A stretch of 64,000 nucleotides of DNA, from positions 672,001-736,000 of the forward strand of contig CAWJWJ010000001.1 in the NCBI GenBank assembly GCA_963846575.1, given 5' to 3'. Below are positions 20,800 to 29,632 of this stretch, piece by piece (position 1 is the first letter of the stretch; each line of letters begins with the position of its first letter). This stretch comes from an uncultured Nitrospiraceae bacterium (lineage in GTDB: Bacteria > Nitrospirota > Nitrospiria > Nitrospirales > Nitrospiraceae). The translations under genes were made by a program, and so were the position numbers. Under the pieces are notes generated by a model, which did no database searches, was not told the origin of the DNA, and was given only the letters and a program-made list of their open reading frames with translations.

Positions 20800-21106
20800 G
20801 CTCACGCTCAGTGTGGTCTCCCGCATGGGGATTATGAACGGTCCCTGGAGTGACCTTCGAATTGGCCTCGCCTGGCAGACAGTCAAAACTGGTGATCGGC
20901 CCTATCACGAGCCCCATGCGCCTTCTCTCAGTAGTGGAGGTCTCCCGCGCACGCATCGAGAGGCTCATCGCACGGCACGCCATCCTGCAGCATTTTTATC
21001 ACAATGAATGGGACATCTCACCGTGCTGGACCCCGAGGACCACACGTGGTATCGCTATATGCCGTTGGGAGTCTGGCGTCGCGTTACCAATCCCGATGGC
21101 TCATAA
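20800..21106 (+). pseudogene. C-terminal remnant of dabA (DUF2309) with two frameshifts
   Basis: Joining three frames gives VVSRMGIMNGPWSDLRIGLAWQTVKTGDRPYHEP / MRLLSVVEVSRARIERLIARHAILQHFYHNEW / HLTVLDPEDHTWYRY...*, which resembles the DUF2309 C-terminus. Confidence 0.75.
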
Positions 21107-21160
21107 TCACCGCACCGCCGGCAGGGCGTCCAGGGCGAAGATTTGTAAAGGAGTTGAGAC

Positions 21161-21502
21161 ATGGCCGGACTGACGTTACACCTCATGAAAGAAATCCGTG
21201 TCATTGTGTCGGGAGAGAACCGGCCCTTCGTGACCGATTTGTTGGACAAGGTCGAGGCGACCGGTTACACCATTATCGGAAACATTTCCGGAAAGGGCCA
21301 TCACGGGATGCGTGAAGCCCACTTCATGTTCAGCGAACAGGAAAGCCTGGTCATGATTATGGCGGTGGTGCCGGAAGAAAAAGTTGAGCCCATTTTAGCC
21401 GGGCTGCGACCGTTGTTCGACCGGTATTCCGGCGTGATGTTCGTCTCAGACGTCACCGTGAGCCGGCGCGAATATTTCGGGAAGAAGTCCGCGAAGCCCT
21501 GA
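21161..21502 (+). CDS. P-II-like (SbtB/DUF190-type) signal protein
   Basis: MKEIRVIV, ATGYTII.NISGKGHHG, GVMFVSDV; AAGGAG RBS. Confidence 0.82.
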   Translation: MAGLTLHLMKEIRVIVSGENRPFVTDLLDKVEATGYTIIGNISGKGHHGMREAHFMFSEQESLVMIMAVVPEEKVEPILAGLRPLFDRYSGVMFVSDVTVSRREYFGKKSAKP

Positions 21503-21618
21503 CGCTCCGTCCTGGCGTATCCGCCTGAGGAATCTGCAGGGTGATGGGCCAACCTTGTCTTCTCACTGATGATTGTCTACAATGCGATCGCGCTGACCTG
21601 CAAGAGGAAGGACAGGAC

Positions 21619-21888
21619 GTGAAAGGATTACGGTTCGAACGACTCGGGCGGGACCGCCATTACAATGTCATTTTCCACATCGGCAGCAGCTACGTGCCGG
21701 TGAGCGATGAGACTCTCGAGGAACTGAAAGCTCAAACCTTGCTGTCCTCCGAGCGTTTTCTCGAACTCCTCGTCGAGAAGATCGGATACTCCAGCTACCT
21801 GAAAACCCAAATCCGCTCCGAACTCCAAATCGCCGGCGATCCGATGACGCAGATCACGGTTCTCCAGGGCGCCATTCGCGAATTATAG
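21619..21888 (+). CDS. Hypothetical protein
   Basis: GTG start after a purine-rich RBS; 89-aa globular-looking ORF. Confidence 0.6.
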   Translation: MKGLRFERLGRDRHYNVIFHIGSSYVPVSDETLEELKAQTLLSSERFLELLVEKIGYSSYLKTQIRSELQIAGDPMTQITVLQGAIREL

Positions 21889-22370
21889 CTCGCCATTTTC
21901 TGAGTCTCCGGTTGGACTCACCCGTCTCACCGATGCGGTGAGACATAGCGGCCCATTCCATCGAAAGTCTCCCCGCCGCAGCGCCGACCCGGCCGCAGTC
22001 CTCATCGTCTCAAACAGCCGGATTTCTTTCGCCCCCCATCACCAGCAACGAGTAGCAACCGGCCGCATCCTGCGCGCCCCTGTCGACGACGGGGCGACCG
22101 GTTTTTTACAGACGACGCCGTGACGTGGTGGTGCTCGCACACGTTATCAAGCACTTACACCACCTGCCGACAGCCCCTCCCCGCCGTCGAGATTGGCAGG
22201 ACCGCCGCCGAGCTACAGGAACCCCGACTCACACCCGGCTGGTCATGCGCGAATCCGGCGCTATACTTCTTCAAGGTCTGCTGCCGGGAATCTCTCCTCC
22301 CTCGTTTGGATTCGTGAAGAGAGAGAGGCCACTCGCGCACCCGCTCCGGAACCTGACATCGGAGGTTGCT

Positions 22371-22700
22371 ATGGTGAATCGGACAGTCCTCACGTCTCTG
22401 TCTTCGGCTCTGCCTGAAATTCTGTTTGTCGCCGCGCTGGCGGCGGCATTCCTGACCATCGCACAATACCTCGATACGACGGAGCAACTGGCTATCCGTC
22501 AGACCGATAGCGTGTACCTGACCAGACTGGATCAGCAGGAGCAACAACAATATCGGGACTACCGGAACCACCGTGTGTATCCGGACCCTGCTGAGCGATG
22601 GGTGTTGGAGGAGCGAGAATTGCAGGAGCTGAGGCAGTGGATCAAAGCGCATGATCTCGTCATTGAGGCGGCGTTAGCTCACGATGCGGCAGGCGACTAG
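22371..22700 (+). CDS. Hypothetical single-TM protein
   Basis: GGAGG RBS; N-terminal hydrophobic helix ILFVAALAAAFLTIA. Confidence 0.55.
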   Translation: MVNRTVLTSLSSALPEILFVAALAAAFLTIAQYLDTTEQLAIRQTDSVYLTRLDQQEQQQYRDYRNHRVYPDPAERWVLEERELQELRQWIKAHDLVIEAALAHDAAGD

Positions 22701-22768
22701 CCAGGATCGTTCAGTGCGCCGAGTGATGCGCCCTCGCGATGCAGGCGCACGGGCTGATCCGGCCGCTC

Positions 22769-23806
22769 TCAGTCACCCGTCTGGCCGCTTGCAAACAGCG
22801 CGTTCATGATGTCGTTTTTCTTGGTGGGATCTTTTTCGAGCCGGATGGCTTTGGAGAAGTTCTCTGCGGCGGTTTCCCGTTTTCCCCGCGCGGCATAGAT
22901 TCGACCGATACCATATAAGGCCTGCGCATCTTCCGGGTTGGATTTCACGGCGCGATTGAAGGCGTCCATCGCTTCTGTCGGCCTACCCTTTTCCATCAGC
23001 AGCCAGCCGAGAGCCGTATAGGCCGGCCCGAAGTCCTGGTTGGCCTGGATCGATTCCCGGTATTCCTTCATGGCCAGATCAGTCCGGCCTTTGGTCTCGT
23101 AGACGCCTCCGAGGGCGAGGTGGATTTCCGCATCCTGCGGGTTCAGCCGCAATGCCTCTTTATACGATTGCACGGCCGGTTCGAACTTGCCCTGCTCCGC
23201 GAGCGCACACCCCAGGTTGGCATGGGCCAGCGCGTCGGTTGGATTGAGCTTGATCACCTCACGGTATTGCGGTATGGCCATTTCCAGCCGGCCTTGCTCC
23301 TGATACGCCACGCCGAGATTCGTGCGGGCGGCTGAGAAACCCGGCTCCAGCTTGACCGCCTCGCGATATTCTTTGATGGCCATTTCAAGATGGTCTGCGC
23401 GCTCGTAGATTTGCGCCAGAAAATAATGTGGATAGGCCGACTGCGGCGCGAGCTTCGCTGCCTCCTTGTAGGAGATCATGGATTGCTCGGATTGACCGGA
23501 TTGCGCAAGAAATAACCCCTGCACCAAATGCGTCTGCGCGTTGCCGGGATGCCGGTCCGCAATCGATTGCAACCAGACCCGCACCAGTTCGATATCGTCG
23601 GCCTCCTGTAACGCCTGCGCATGGACTTTCCACGCATCGGCGAAATCGCCCCGGATCAGGTGCGAGACATTGAGGGCAAAATAAGGCCGAGGGTCCTTCT
23701 CGCCGGCGGTCTCCACTGCGCGGACCCACCTGCCGGACGCTTCTCCAAGCCTGTCCCAGTCGCCAGCCAGCAGAGCCGTTTCGATTTCTTGTTGGAAAGG
23801 CTTCAT
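22769..23806 (-). CDS. Tetratricopeptide repeat protein
   Basis: About 7 tandem TPRs (e.g. ARTNLGVAYQEQGRLEMAIPQYREVIKLNP). Confidence 0.9.
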   Translation of the reverse strand: MKPFQQEIETALLAGDWDRLGEASGRWVRAVETAGEKDPRPYFALNVSHLIRGDFADAWKVHAQALQEADDIELVRVWLQSIADRHPGNAQTHLVQGLFLAQSGQSEQSMISYKEAAKLAPQSAYPHYFLAQIYERADHLEMAIKEYREAVKLEPGFSAARTNLGVAYQEQGRLEMAIPQYREVIKLNPTDALAHANLGCALAEQGKFEPAVQSYKEALRLNPQDAEIHLALGGVYETKGRTDLAMKEYRESIQANQDFGPAYTALGWLLMEKGRPTEAMDAFNRAVKSNPEDAQALYGIGRIYAARGKRETAAENFSKAIRLEKDPTKKNDIMNALFASGQTGD

Positions 23807-23825
23807 GAGAGAGGGGGGTGGGCAG

Positions 23826-25307
23826 TCACCGCGTCAAGACATCCTGCACATCCGGCGGAGTCGCTTGCATCCGCGCTCCGAGGACGGGGTATCGTTCGGT
23901 CAGTTTTTGTTTCATGAGCCAGGCGATGGTGCGATAGGACCAGTGACCCTTCACGCCCGACCGGAGCTTCGCGATGTATTCGGCTTCCGCGTAGTCCATT
24001 TTGAAGAGACAGCGCACGGAAAATCCGAAGGGAATCGCATACAGGGCGGCTTCCTGGCTCGACTTACGTAATTGTTCGAGATCGGACTTTACGTGGCCCA
24101 TGGCCTCCCGGTATTCGTGGTCGAGGCCGGCCTCCGCCAGGATGGGAGGCGTTTCGAAGCCATGCACGGTCGTGAAGTTCTGCTGCACCTGCTGGCAGCG
24201 GCGATGTCGATGCAGGTCTCGCCACCCGCCGATATCCATCAGCACGTCAAAAGTAAATGCGTATCCGCTGCGAAATTCCTTGATCAACTCATCGTATGGC
24301 CCGCGTTTCTGAAAGGCGACCTCGAGGGTCTCCTGCTTCTGCTTGTCGGTCCAATCGCGCACGACATCCAGAATTTTCCGATAGGGGGCTTGCGACACCC
24401 GGTAGAGGAGGGTACTCACCACTTCGTCCAGCGGATCGTGGGGCTCCATCAAATCGACCGGCTCCGGTGCCCCCCAGACGGCAGGCTGGTCCAGCCCGGT
24501 GCCTTTCAACACTTCTTTGGCGTGCCGTGCCAGGTCGCTGTACACCTCGGCCTGATAGGCACTGGGTTTCGCATAGCGGGCCAAGGTGGGCGCCATGGGC
24601 TCTCCCGGCCCGGCGGCTTGCCCGGAGAGTTCACCCCACAGATTCACCGGGGCTTTCCGACAGGCCTCTTGCAGGTCCTCACCCACCATGCGGAGTTCCG
24701 GCAGCTGCGAGGACAGCAGGCGGGTGATCTGTTTTTCAAGCGTGCGGATGCTCACCACCTGGCCCACGTTCGTCTGCGCCGCCAGCGGCAGCAGGTATCG
24801 GGTCACATCGAAGGCCCGGGCAGTGATCGCCCGTTGGTAGGCCGCGGGCGTCATGTTCTCGGGTCGCGGTTCCCGTTCAGTGAGATACCGGCTCAAGGGT
24901 TCGTGCAAGGCACGATAGACGGTAGCGAGGCCGCGAAGGATGCCCAGGTAGGCCGCTTCTGTCTCCTGCCCGCGAATGGCATCCGGAATATACCAATTGC
25001 TGGACGCGAAGTTCTGATATCGGCTGGATTTGGCCTGCCCATCCCACAGGGATTCATCTTCCAAACGAATAGCGGCGAGTTCGGAGATCTGTTCAAAACA
25101 GATGACGACGTGGCCGAGATCCGCAATCGAGCCGTGGCCGTAGTCGAAATAAAACTGTTCCCAGAATTTTTCTGAGGAATGGGTATGGACCCATTTGATG
25201 CTGTCTTCGATGGAATCCGGGGACCGGCTATACCGCGCCAGCGCATAGGCCGATTTTTCCGGCGGCATCGGAGCGAGCGCAATCACACGGCGTCCTTGAA
25301 TGGTCAT
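23826..25307 (-). CDS. thyX: Long (two-domain) FAD-dependent thymidylate synthase
   Basis: ARYSRS, YGHGSIAD, KSSRYQ, RYLLP and RDLHRHR motifs. Confidence 0.85.
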   Translation of the reverse strand: MTIQGRRVIALAPMPPEKSAYALARYSRSPDSIEDSIKWVHTHSSEKFWEQFYFDYGHGSIADLGHVVICFEQISELAAIRLEDESLWDGQAKSSRYQNFASSNWYIPDAIRGQETEAAYLGILRGLATVYRALHEPLSRYLTEREPRPENMTPAAYQRAITARAFDVTRYLLPLAAQTNVGQVVSIRTLEKQITRLLSSQLPELRMVGEDLQEACRKAPVNLWGELSGQAAGPGEPMAPTLARYAKPSAYQAEVYSDLARHAKEVLKGTGLDQPAVWGAPEPVDLMEPHDPLDEVVSTLLYRVSQAPYRKILDVVRDWTDKQKQETLEVAFQKRGPYDELIKEFRSGYAFTFDVLMDIGGWRDLHRHRRCQQVQQNFTTVHGFETPPILAEAGLDHEYREAMGHVKSDLEQLRKSSQEAALYAIPFGFSVRCLFKMDYAEAEYIAKLRSGVKGHWSYRTIAWLMKQKLTERYPVLGARMQATPPDVQDVLTR

Positions 25308-25487
25308 AGTGCTAGCACAGAGGACACAACGGCTTGGGGTCCGGGGTTGGGGATCCGCGATCAGATCTTCCGCGTTATCAGCTCGGCACTATACCCCCCC
25401 TGTGGCGCGAGTCGCAACTCTCCCGCTGCCTGCGCTCCGATCACATGAGCTCAGCAGGAGTCCATGCCTTTCCGCCTCCGCTGCGCG

Positions 25488-25517
25488 TTGACTTGCCCGC
25501 GGAGCCGCCGCTATATT
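25488..25517 (+). promoter_or_regulatory. Putative sigma70 promoter of hisS
   Basis: TTGACT-18 nt-TATATT. Confidence 0.45.
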
Positions 25518-25554
25518 CCCGCACCAATGTTACCGTGAGACCCGGGTGAGCGCC

Positions 25555-26814
25555 ATGATCAAGGCTATTAAAGGTGTGAAGGATCTCCTGCCGGAAGAGA
25601 CGCCTCGCTGGCAGCTGATTGAGGAGCGCGCCAGACGCTGGGCCCTCTCCTACGGCTTTCAGGAGATCCGCCTCCCGATTTTCGAAACCACGACGCTGTT
25701 TGCGCGCAGCATCGGCGCGACCACCGACATCGTCGAAAAGGAAATGTACACGTTTGCCGATCGGGACGGCACCTCTCTGACCCTGAGACCGGAAGGCACC
25801 GCCGGGACGGTACGCGCCTTCATCGAGCACAATCGGGCAGCCGACCCCCGGCCGCAGAAATACTGTTACCTCGGCCCCATGTTCCGCCACGAGCGTCCGC
25901 AGGCCGGACGGCTTCGACAGTTTCATCAGTTTGGCGTCGAGTCGTTCGGCATCTCCGATCCGCGGGCTGATGTCGAAGTGATATCGCTCCTCTGGCGGCT
26001 GCTATCCGATCTTGCCTTGCCCGGGCTGACCCTTGAAATCAACAATTTGGGTTTTACAGACGACCGGGCACGATACAAACCCCTGTTGGTGGGTTTTCTA
26101 AAAGGCGTGGAAGGCCGGCTCTGCGCCAATTGTCAGCGGCGCATCGAGGCCAATCCCTTGCGCGTATTGGATTGCAAGGTTCCGGAGTGCCGCCAGGCCA
26201 CTGATCACGCCCCTCGCCTGACGGATTCCCTTTCGCCGGCGGCCCTAGGTCATTTCGAACGTGTGACGGCGGCCTTGGATGCGATTGGAATTCCTTTTCA
26301 ATTGAATCACCGGTTGGTGCGCGGTCTTGATTACTACTGTCTTACGGCGTTTGAAGTCACCTGCTCCCATCTCGGCGCCCAAAACGCCGTTGGTGCCGGG
26401 GGGCGTTATGACGGTCTGGTGGAACAACTGGGGGGAGCTTCTATTCCTGCCGTGGGATTTGCCATCGGCCTCGAACGTATCGCCCTCATGTTGCCGCAAG
26501 ACGTCGCGTTACCGTCAGTTCCACGGGTGTATGTCGCGGCCTTCGGAACGAAGGCGGTCGACGTGGGATTCCTTCTCCTGGATGAGCTTCGCCGAGCCGG
26601 CGTTCCGGCAGACACGGATTTTCGGGCCGGCTCCCTCAAAGCCCATCTTCGACAAGCTGATCGTCTCGGGGTGTTGTACACGGTCATGTTGGGAGATGAC
26701 GAGATTGCGAAAGGCTCGGTCACCATCCGGAATATGGAGACGAAAACGCAGGAAGATTTATCCCTCTCAGAGCTTCCTTCCGCCCTGCTCGCACGGCTTC
26801 CTCAGAGGCCCTAA
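25555..26814 (+). CDS. hisS: Histidine--tRNA ligase
   Basis: LRPEGTA, FRHERPQAGRLRQFHQ, LVRGLDYY and GGRYDGL motifs. Confidence 0.96.
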   Translation: MIKAIKGVKDLLPEETPRWQLIEERARRWALSYGFQEIRLPIFETTTLFARSIGATTDIVEKEMYTFADRDGTSLTLRPEGTAGTVRAFIEHNRAADPRPQKYCYLGPMFRHERPQAGRLRQFHQFGVESFGISDPRADVEVISLLWRLLSDLALPGLTLEINNLGFTDDRARYKPLLVGFLKGVEGRLCANCQRRIEANPLRVLDCKVPECRQATDHAPRLTDSLSPAALGHFERVTAALDAIGIPFQLNHRLVRGLDYYCLTAFEVTCSHLGAQNAVGAGGRYDGLVEQLGGASIPAVGFAIGLERIALMLPQDVALPSVPRVYVAAFGTKAVDVGFLLLDELRRAGVPADTDFRAGSLKAHLRQADRLGVLYTVMLGDDEIAKGSVTIRNMETKTQEDLSLSELPSALLARLPQRP

Positions 26815-26830
26815 CCGGTCCTTTTTATGG

Positions 26831-26859
26831 TTGACTTTCCGTCCCGAAATCCGTAGGCT
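26831..26859 (+). promoter_or_regulatory. Putative sigma70 promoter of the dsrEFH/tus-like operon
   Basis: TTGACT-17 nt-TAGGCT. Confidence 0.5.
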
Positions 26860-26880
26860 CCGCATTCTGTTTAATAGATA

Positions 26881-26967
26881 TAAGTTATTGATTCTTAAGC
26901 GCTAGTAAAGTTTGTCCACAGGCATATTCCCATGATTTCCAAGAAGTTCGGAATCCTGTTATCCACA
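26881..26967. promoter_or_regulatory. IHF consensus site plus two DnaA boxes
   Basis: Reverse complement of 26881-26893 is AATCAATAACTTA (WATCAAN4TTR); TTGTCCACA at 26912-26920; TTATCCACA at 26959-26967. Confidence 0.6.
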
Positions 26968-27252
26968 CCCCCCTCTCACCCGAGTGTCGAGACGGTTTTT
27001 GAACTGTCCTCTGAAGCTCTCTCACAAGGTGTTGATCTCTATCTCTATTTCATCGACGAGGGGGTGAAGAATCTTCGTGATCCGCGTTACGGGGAACTAG
27101 TGGGACGTGGCATGAAGCTGTTCGTCTGTGCTTACGGGTGCCAGCAACATGGAGTGTCGACTGACAATATCGACCAGCGCATCTCCCTCTGCGGCCTGGT
27201 GATCTTGTCGAATATTGTGAACGGCTGCGACAGGTTTCTCGCATTTACCTGA
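26932..27252 (+). CDS. DsrE/TusD-like sulfur relay protein
   Basis: LYFIDEGV, LFVCAYGCQQHG (conserved Cys), CDRFLAF. Confidence 0.78.
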   Translation: MISKKFGILLSTPPSHPSVETVFELSSEALSQGVDLYLYFIDEGVKNLRDPRYGELVGRGMKLFVCAYGCQQHGVSTDNIDQRISLCGLVILSNIVNGCDRFLAFT

Positions 27253-27276
27253 GAAGGTTCGCTCAAAGGAAGTTCT

Positions 27277-27627
27277 GTGGCAACACCAGTTTCGATCGCA
27301 CTCGTCATACGTGAGGATCCCCGTCTGACGCATCGTCCCGTCGAGGCGTTACGGATCGCTCTGGGATTGGCGGCAGGAGACAATCCGATTACCGTCATCC
27401 TTTTGGGCCAAGCGGTTCAGTTATTGGCCGAGGAGACGGATGATCTCGTCGACGTCGAGATTCTCGAAAAGTATCTGCCATCGTTTCAGCATCTCGCGAT
27501 CCCCTTCCTTCTCCTGCCGCCGGAGGGGTCCAGCCCTGACATTCAGGACGGATTTGCCGTGACTATCGGATCGAACGATGCGGTACATCGCACCCTTGCC
27601 GAGGCTGAGCGGGTTCTCGTCTTTTAA
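27277..27627 (+). CDS. DsrF/TusC-like protein
   Basis: EALRIALGLAA and LAEAERVLVF motifs; follows the DsrE-like gene. Confidence 0.7.
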   Translation: MATPVSIALVIREDPRLTHRPVEALRIALGLAAGDNPITVILLGQAVQLLAEETDDLVDVEILEKYLPSFQHLAIPFLLLPPEGSSPDIQDGFAVTIGSNDAVHRTLAEAERVLVF

Positions 27628-27641
27628 CTTTGTGGAATCTC

Positions 27642-27908
27642 ATGTCTGCTCGTAACACACTGTATCTCCTTCGACGACCGATTACGGATGCGTCAACGTC
27701 GCTTCTGCCGTCGTCACCTCTGCCGTCCGGAACATGTTCCCTGGTGCTGCTTGAGGAAGCCGTCTCTTCCATGCCGTCGTTTCCCGGACAGATTTATGTG
27801 CTCCGCTCCCCATCCGCTGGTCCTGAGCAAAACGGGAAGGGCCACAACATTTCCCATAAGGACTTGGTCGCTTTGATTGCAGAGCATGATGTCACGATTG
27901 TGCTGTGA
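27642..27908 (+). CDS. DsrH/TusB-like protein
   Basis: TLYLLRRP, LVLLEEAV and ISHKDLVALIAEHD motifs; third gene of the triad. Confidence 0.6.
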   Translation: MSARNTLYLLRRPITDASTSLLPSSPLPSGTCSLVLLEEAVSSMPSFPGQIYVLRSPSAGPEQNGKGHNISHKDLVALIAEHDVTIVL

Positions 27909-28273
27909 CATAACTCTCTTCTCCTAAATATCTTTCAGCTAAAGAGAAGAATCGGAGTCGTCGGAGTAGGAGTAGGCTATGTGGGTTCTGTGGATGAAGG
28001 AGAAGAGGTCGGTGGGTGTTGATGATTGCGCAGTCTGGCCCATGTTGATGAGATGGTGTATAAGGCATGGGGCGCTCAAGGATAAGGTGGGGCCGCTTGT
28101 GTATGAGGTGGATCGGTGAATGGTCGGGGGGCTGGATATCCACAAGAATCGAGAACGCGACCTTGTGCAATGATGAGAAAAGGCCGGGATTCTTCAACAG
28201 TCTATGTATTTATCCACACCTGTGCATAAAGCTGTGAACATTTATAAGTATTTGAATTTGTAAGGTTAATTAG
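27909..28273. other. oriC: Chromosomal replication origin oriC
   Basis: Intergenic region before dnaA. DnaA-box-like sites at 27980-27997 (tandem), 28136-28144, 28210-28218 (perfect) and 28221-28229; trio-like repeats at 27952-27975; AT-rich 28241-28273. Confidence 0.8.
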
Positions 28274-29608
28274 ATGTGGAATGATGCACTAGCGTATATT
28301 TACGAAAAGGTCCCGAAGCAGGTCTATGAAACCTGGTTTACGCCGGTGGTACTCGATCGCATCGAGGAGACGACCGCCTATCTGGCCGTCCCGAACAAGT
28401 TTTTTGGCGACTGGCTGGACGAGCACTATCACGAGCTCCTGGCAGAGGCCGTCTCATTGGCGCAGGGCGGCGGGCATTTAGATATCTCCTTCGTCATCAA
28501 CAACAGAAAAGCTCCCGCACCGGCTCAGCAGGAGACGGTTGCTCCGGATACTGCCGGACGGGGCTTCGTGGCGTCGCGATCCAAACGCGGCGTGCAGCTG
28601 AATCCCAAATACACGTTTAAGAGTTTTGTGGTCGGGGCCGGAAACCAATTTGCCCATGCCGCCTGCATGGCCGTGGCTGAACAACCGGCCAAGGCCTACA
28701 ATCCACTGTTTCTGTACGGAGGTGTGGGACTCGGGAAAACCCACTTGCTCAACGCCATCGGGAACTATCTGGCCGAGCGAAGCGATCTGCGGATTGCCTA
28801 CCTGACCACCGAACAATTCACAAACGAGGTCATCAACTCAATCAGATACGACAAGATGATCGATCTGCGGAAGCGCTATCGCAGCGTCGATATGCTGATG
28901 ATCGATGACATTCAGTTTCTGGCCGGCAAGGAACGCACTCAGGAAGAGTTTTTCCATACCTTCAATACGCTGTATGAAGCCCGCAAACAGATCGTGCTGT
29001 CGAGCGATCGCTTTCCCAAGGACATGCCCGACATCGAAGAGCGCCTTCGATCGCGGTTCGAGTGGGGACTCATTGCCGATCTACAGCCGCCGGATGTCGA
29101 AACCAGAATCGCCATCCTGCGCAAGAAGTCGGAGGATGAGCGGATCGCGTTGCCGGAGGACGTGATCCATTTCCTTGCGACGACGATGAAGAACAACATT
29201 CGAGAGTTGGAAGGTTCACTCGTGCGTGTCGGAGCCTATTCATCGCTTACCGGGCAGACCATCACGCTCGAAATGGCGAAAAATGTTTTGCGCGACCTGA
29301 TCGGCGACAAGAAAAAGATCGTGTCGATCGAAGATATTCAAGAGGCGGTTGGTACGAAATATCATCTCAAGATCGTCGATTTGAAGTCGCGGCGGCGCAG
29401 CAAAACGCTGGTCCATCCGCGGCAAATCGCCATGTACCTCTGCCGGGAACTCACCGACGCGTCCTTCCCGGAAATCGGGCGGCAGTTCGGCGGGAAGGAC
29501 CATACGACCATTATCCATGCCTGCCGGCAGATCACCAAGGCCAAGGAAGCCGATACCACGCTGCAGAGTACGCTGGAAGGCCTGAAGGAACAGATCCTGA
29601 GGGCGTAA
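28274..29608 (+). CDS. dnaA: Chromosomal replication initiator DnaA
   Basis: YNPLFLYGGVGLGKTHL, DDIQF, QEEFFHTFN and FGGKDHTT motifs. Confidence 0.98.
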   Translation: MWNDALAYIYEKVPKQVYETWFTPVVLDRIEETTAYLAVPNKFFGDWLDEHYHELLAEAVSLAQGGGHLDISFVINNRKAPAPAQQETVAPDTAGRGFVASRSKRGVQLNPKYTFKSFVVGAGNQFAHAACMAVAEQPAKAYNPLFLYGGVGLGKTHLLNAIGNYLAERSDLRIAYLTTEQFTNEVINSIRYDKMIDLRKRYRSVDMLMIDDIQFLAGKERTQEEFFHTFNTLYEARKQIVLSSDRFPKDMPDIEERLRSRFEWGLIADLQPPDVETRIAILRKKSEDERIALPEDVIHFLATTMKNNIRELEGSLVRVGAYSSLTGQTITLEMAKNVLRDLIGDKKKIVSIEDIQEAVGTKYHLKIVDLKSRRRSKTLVHPRQIAMYLCRELTDASFPEIGRQFGGKDHTTIIHACRQITKAKEADTTLQSTLEGLKEQILRA

Positions 29609-29632
29609 CGCCCCTTTGAGGGAGAGACCGAC

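Noticed and set aside
25333..25370. Degenerate short G-rich repeats (also near 33270-33340 and 57930-58000)
   Set aside because: Too degenerate for CRISPR or a mobile element; no constant repeat-spacer period
26932..27908. Dissimilatory sulfur oxidation (dsr) locus
   Set aside because: No dsrAB or dsrC nearby; a housekeeping sulfur-relay role is more parsimonious
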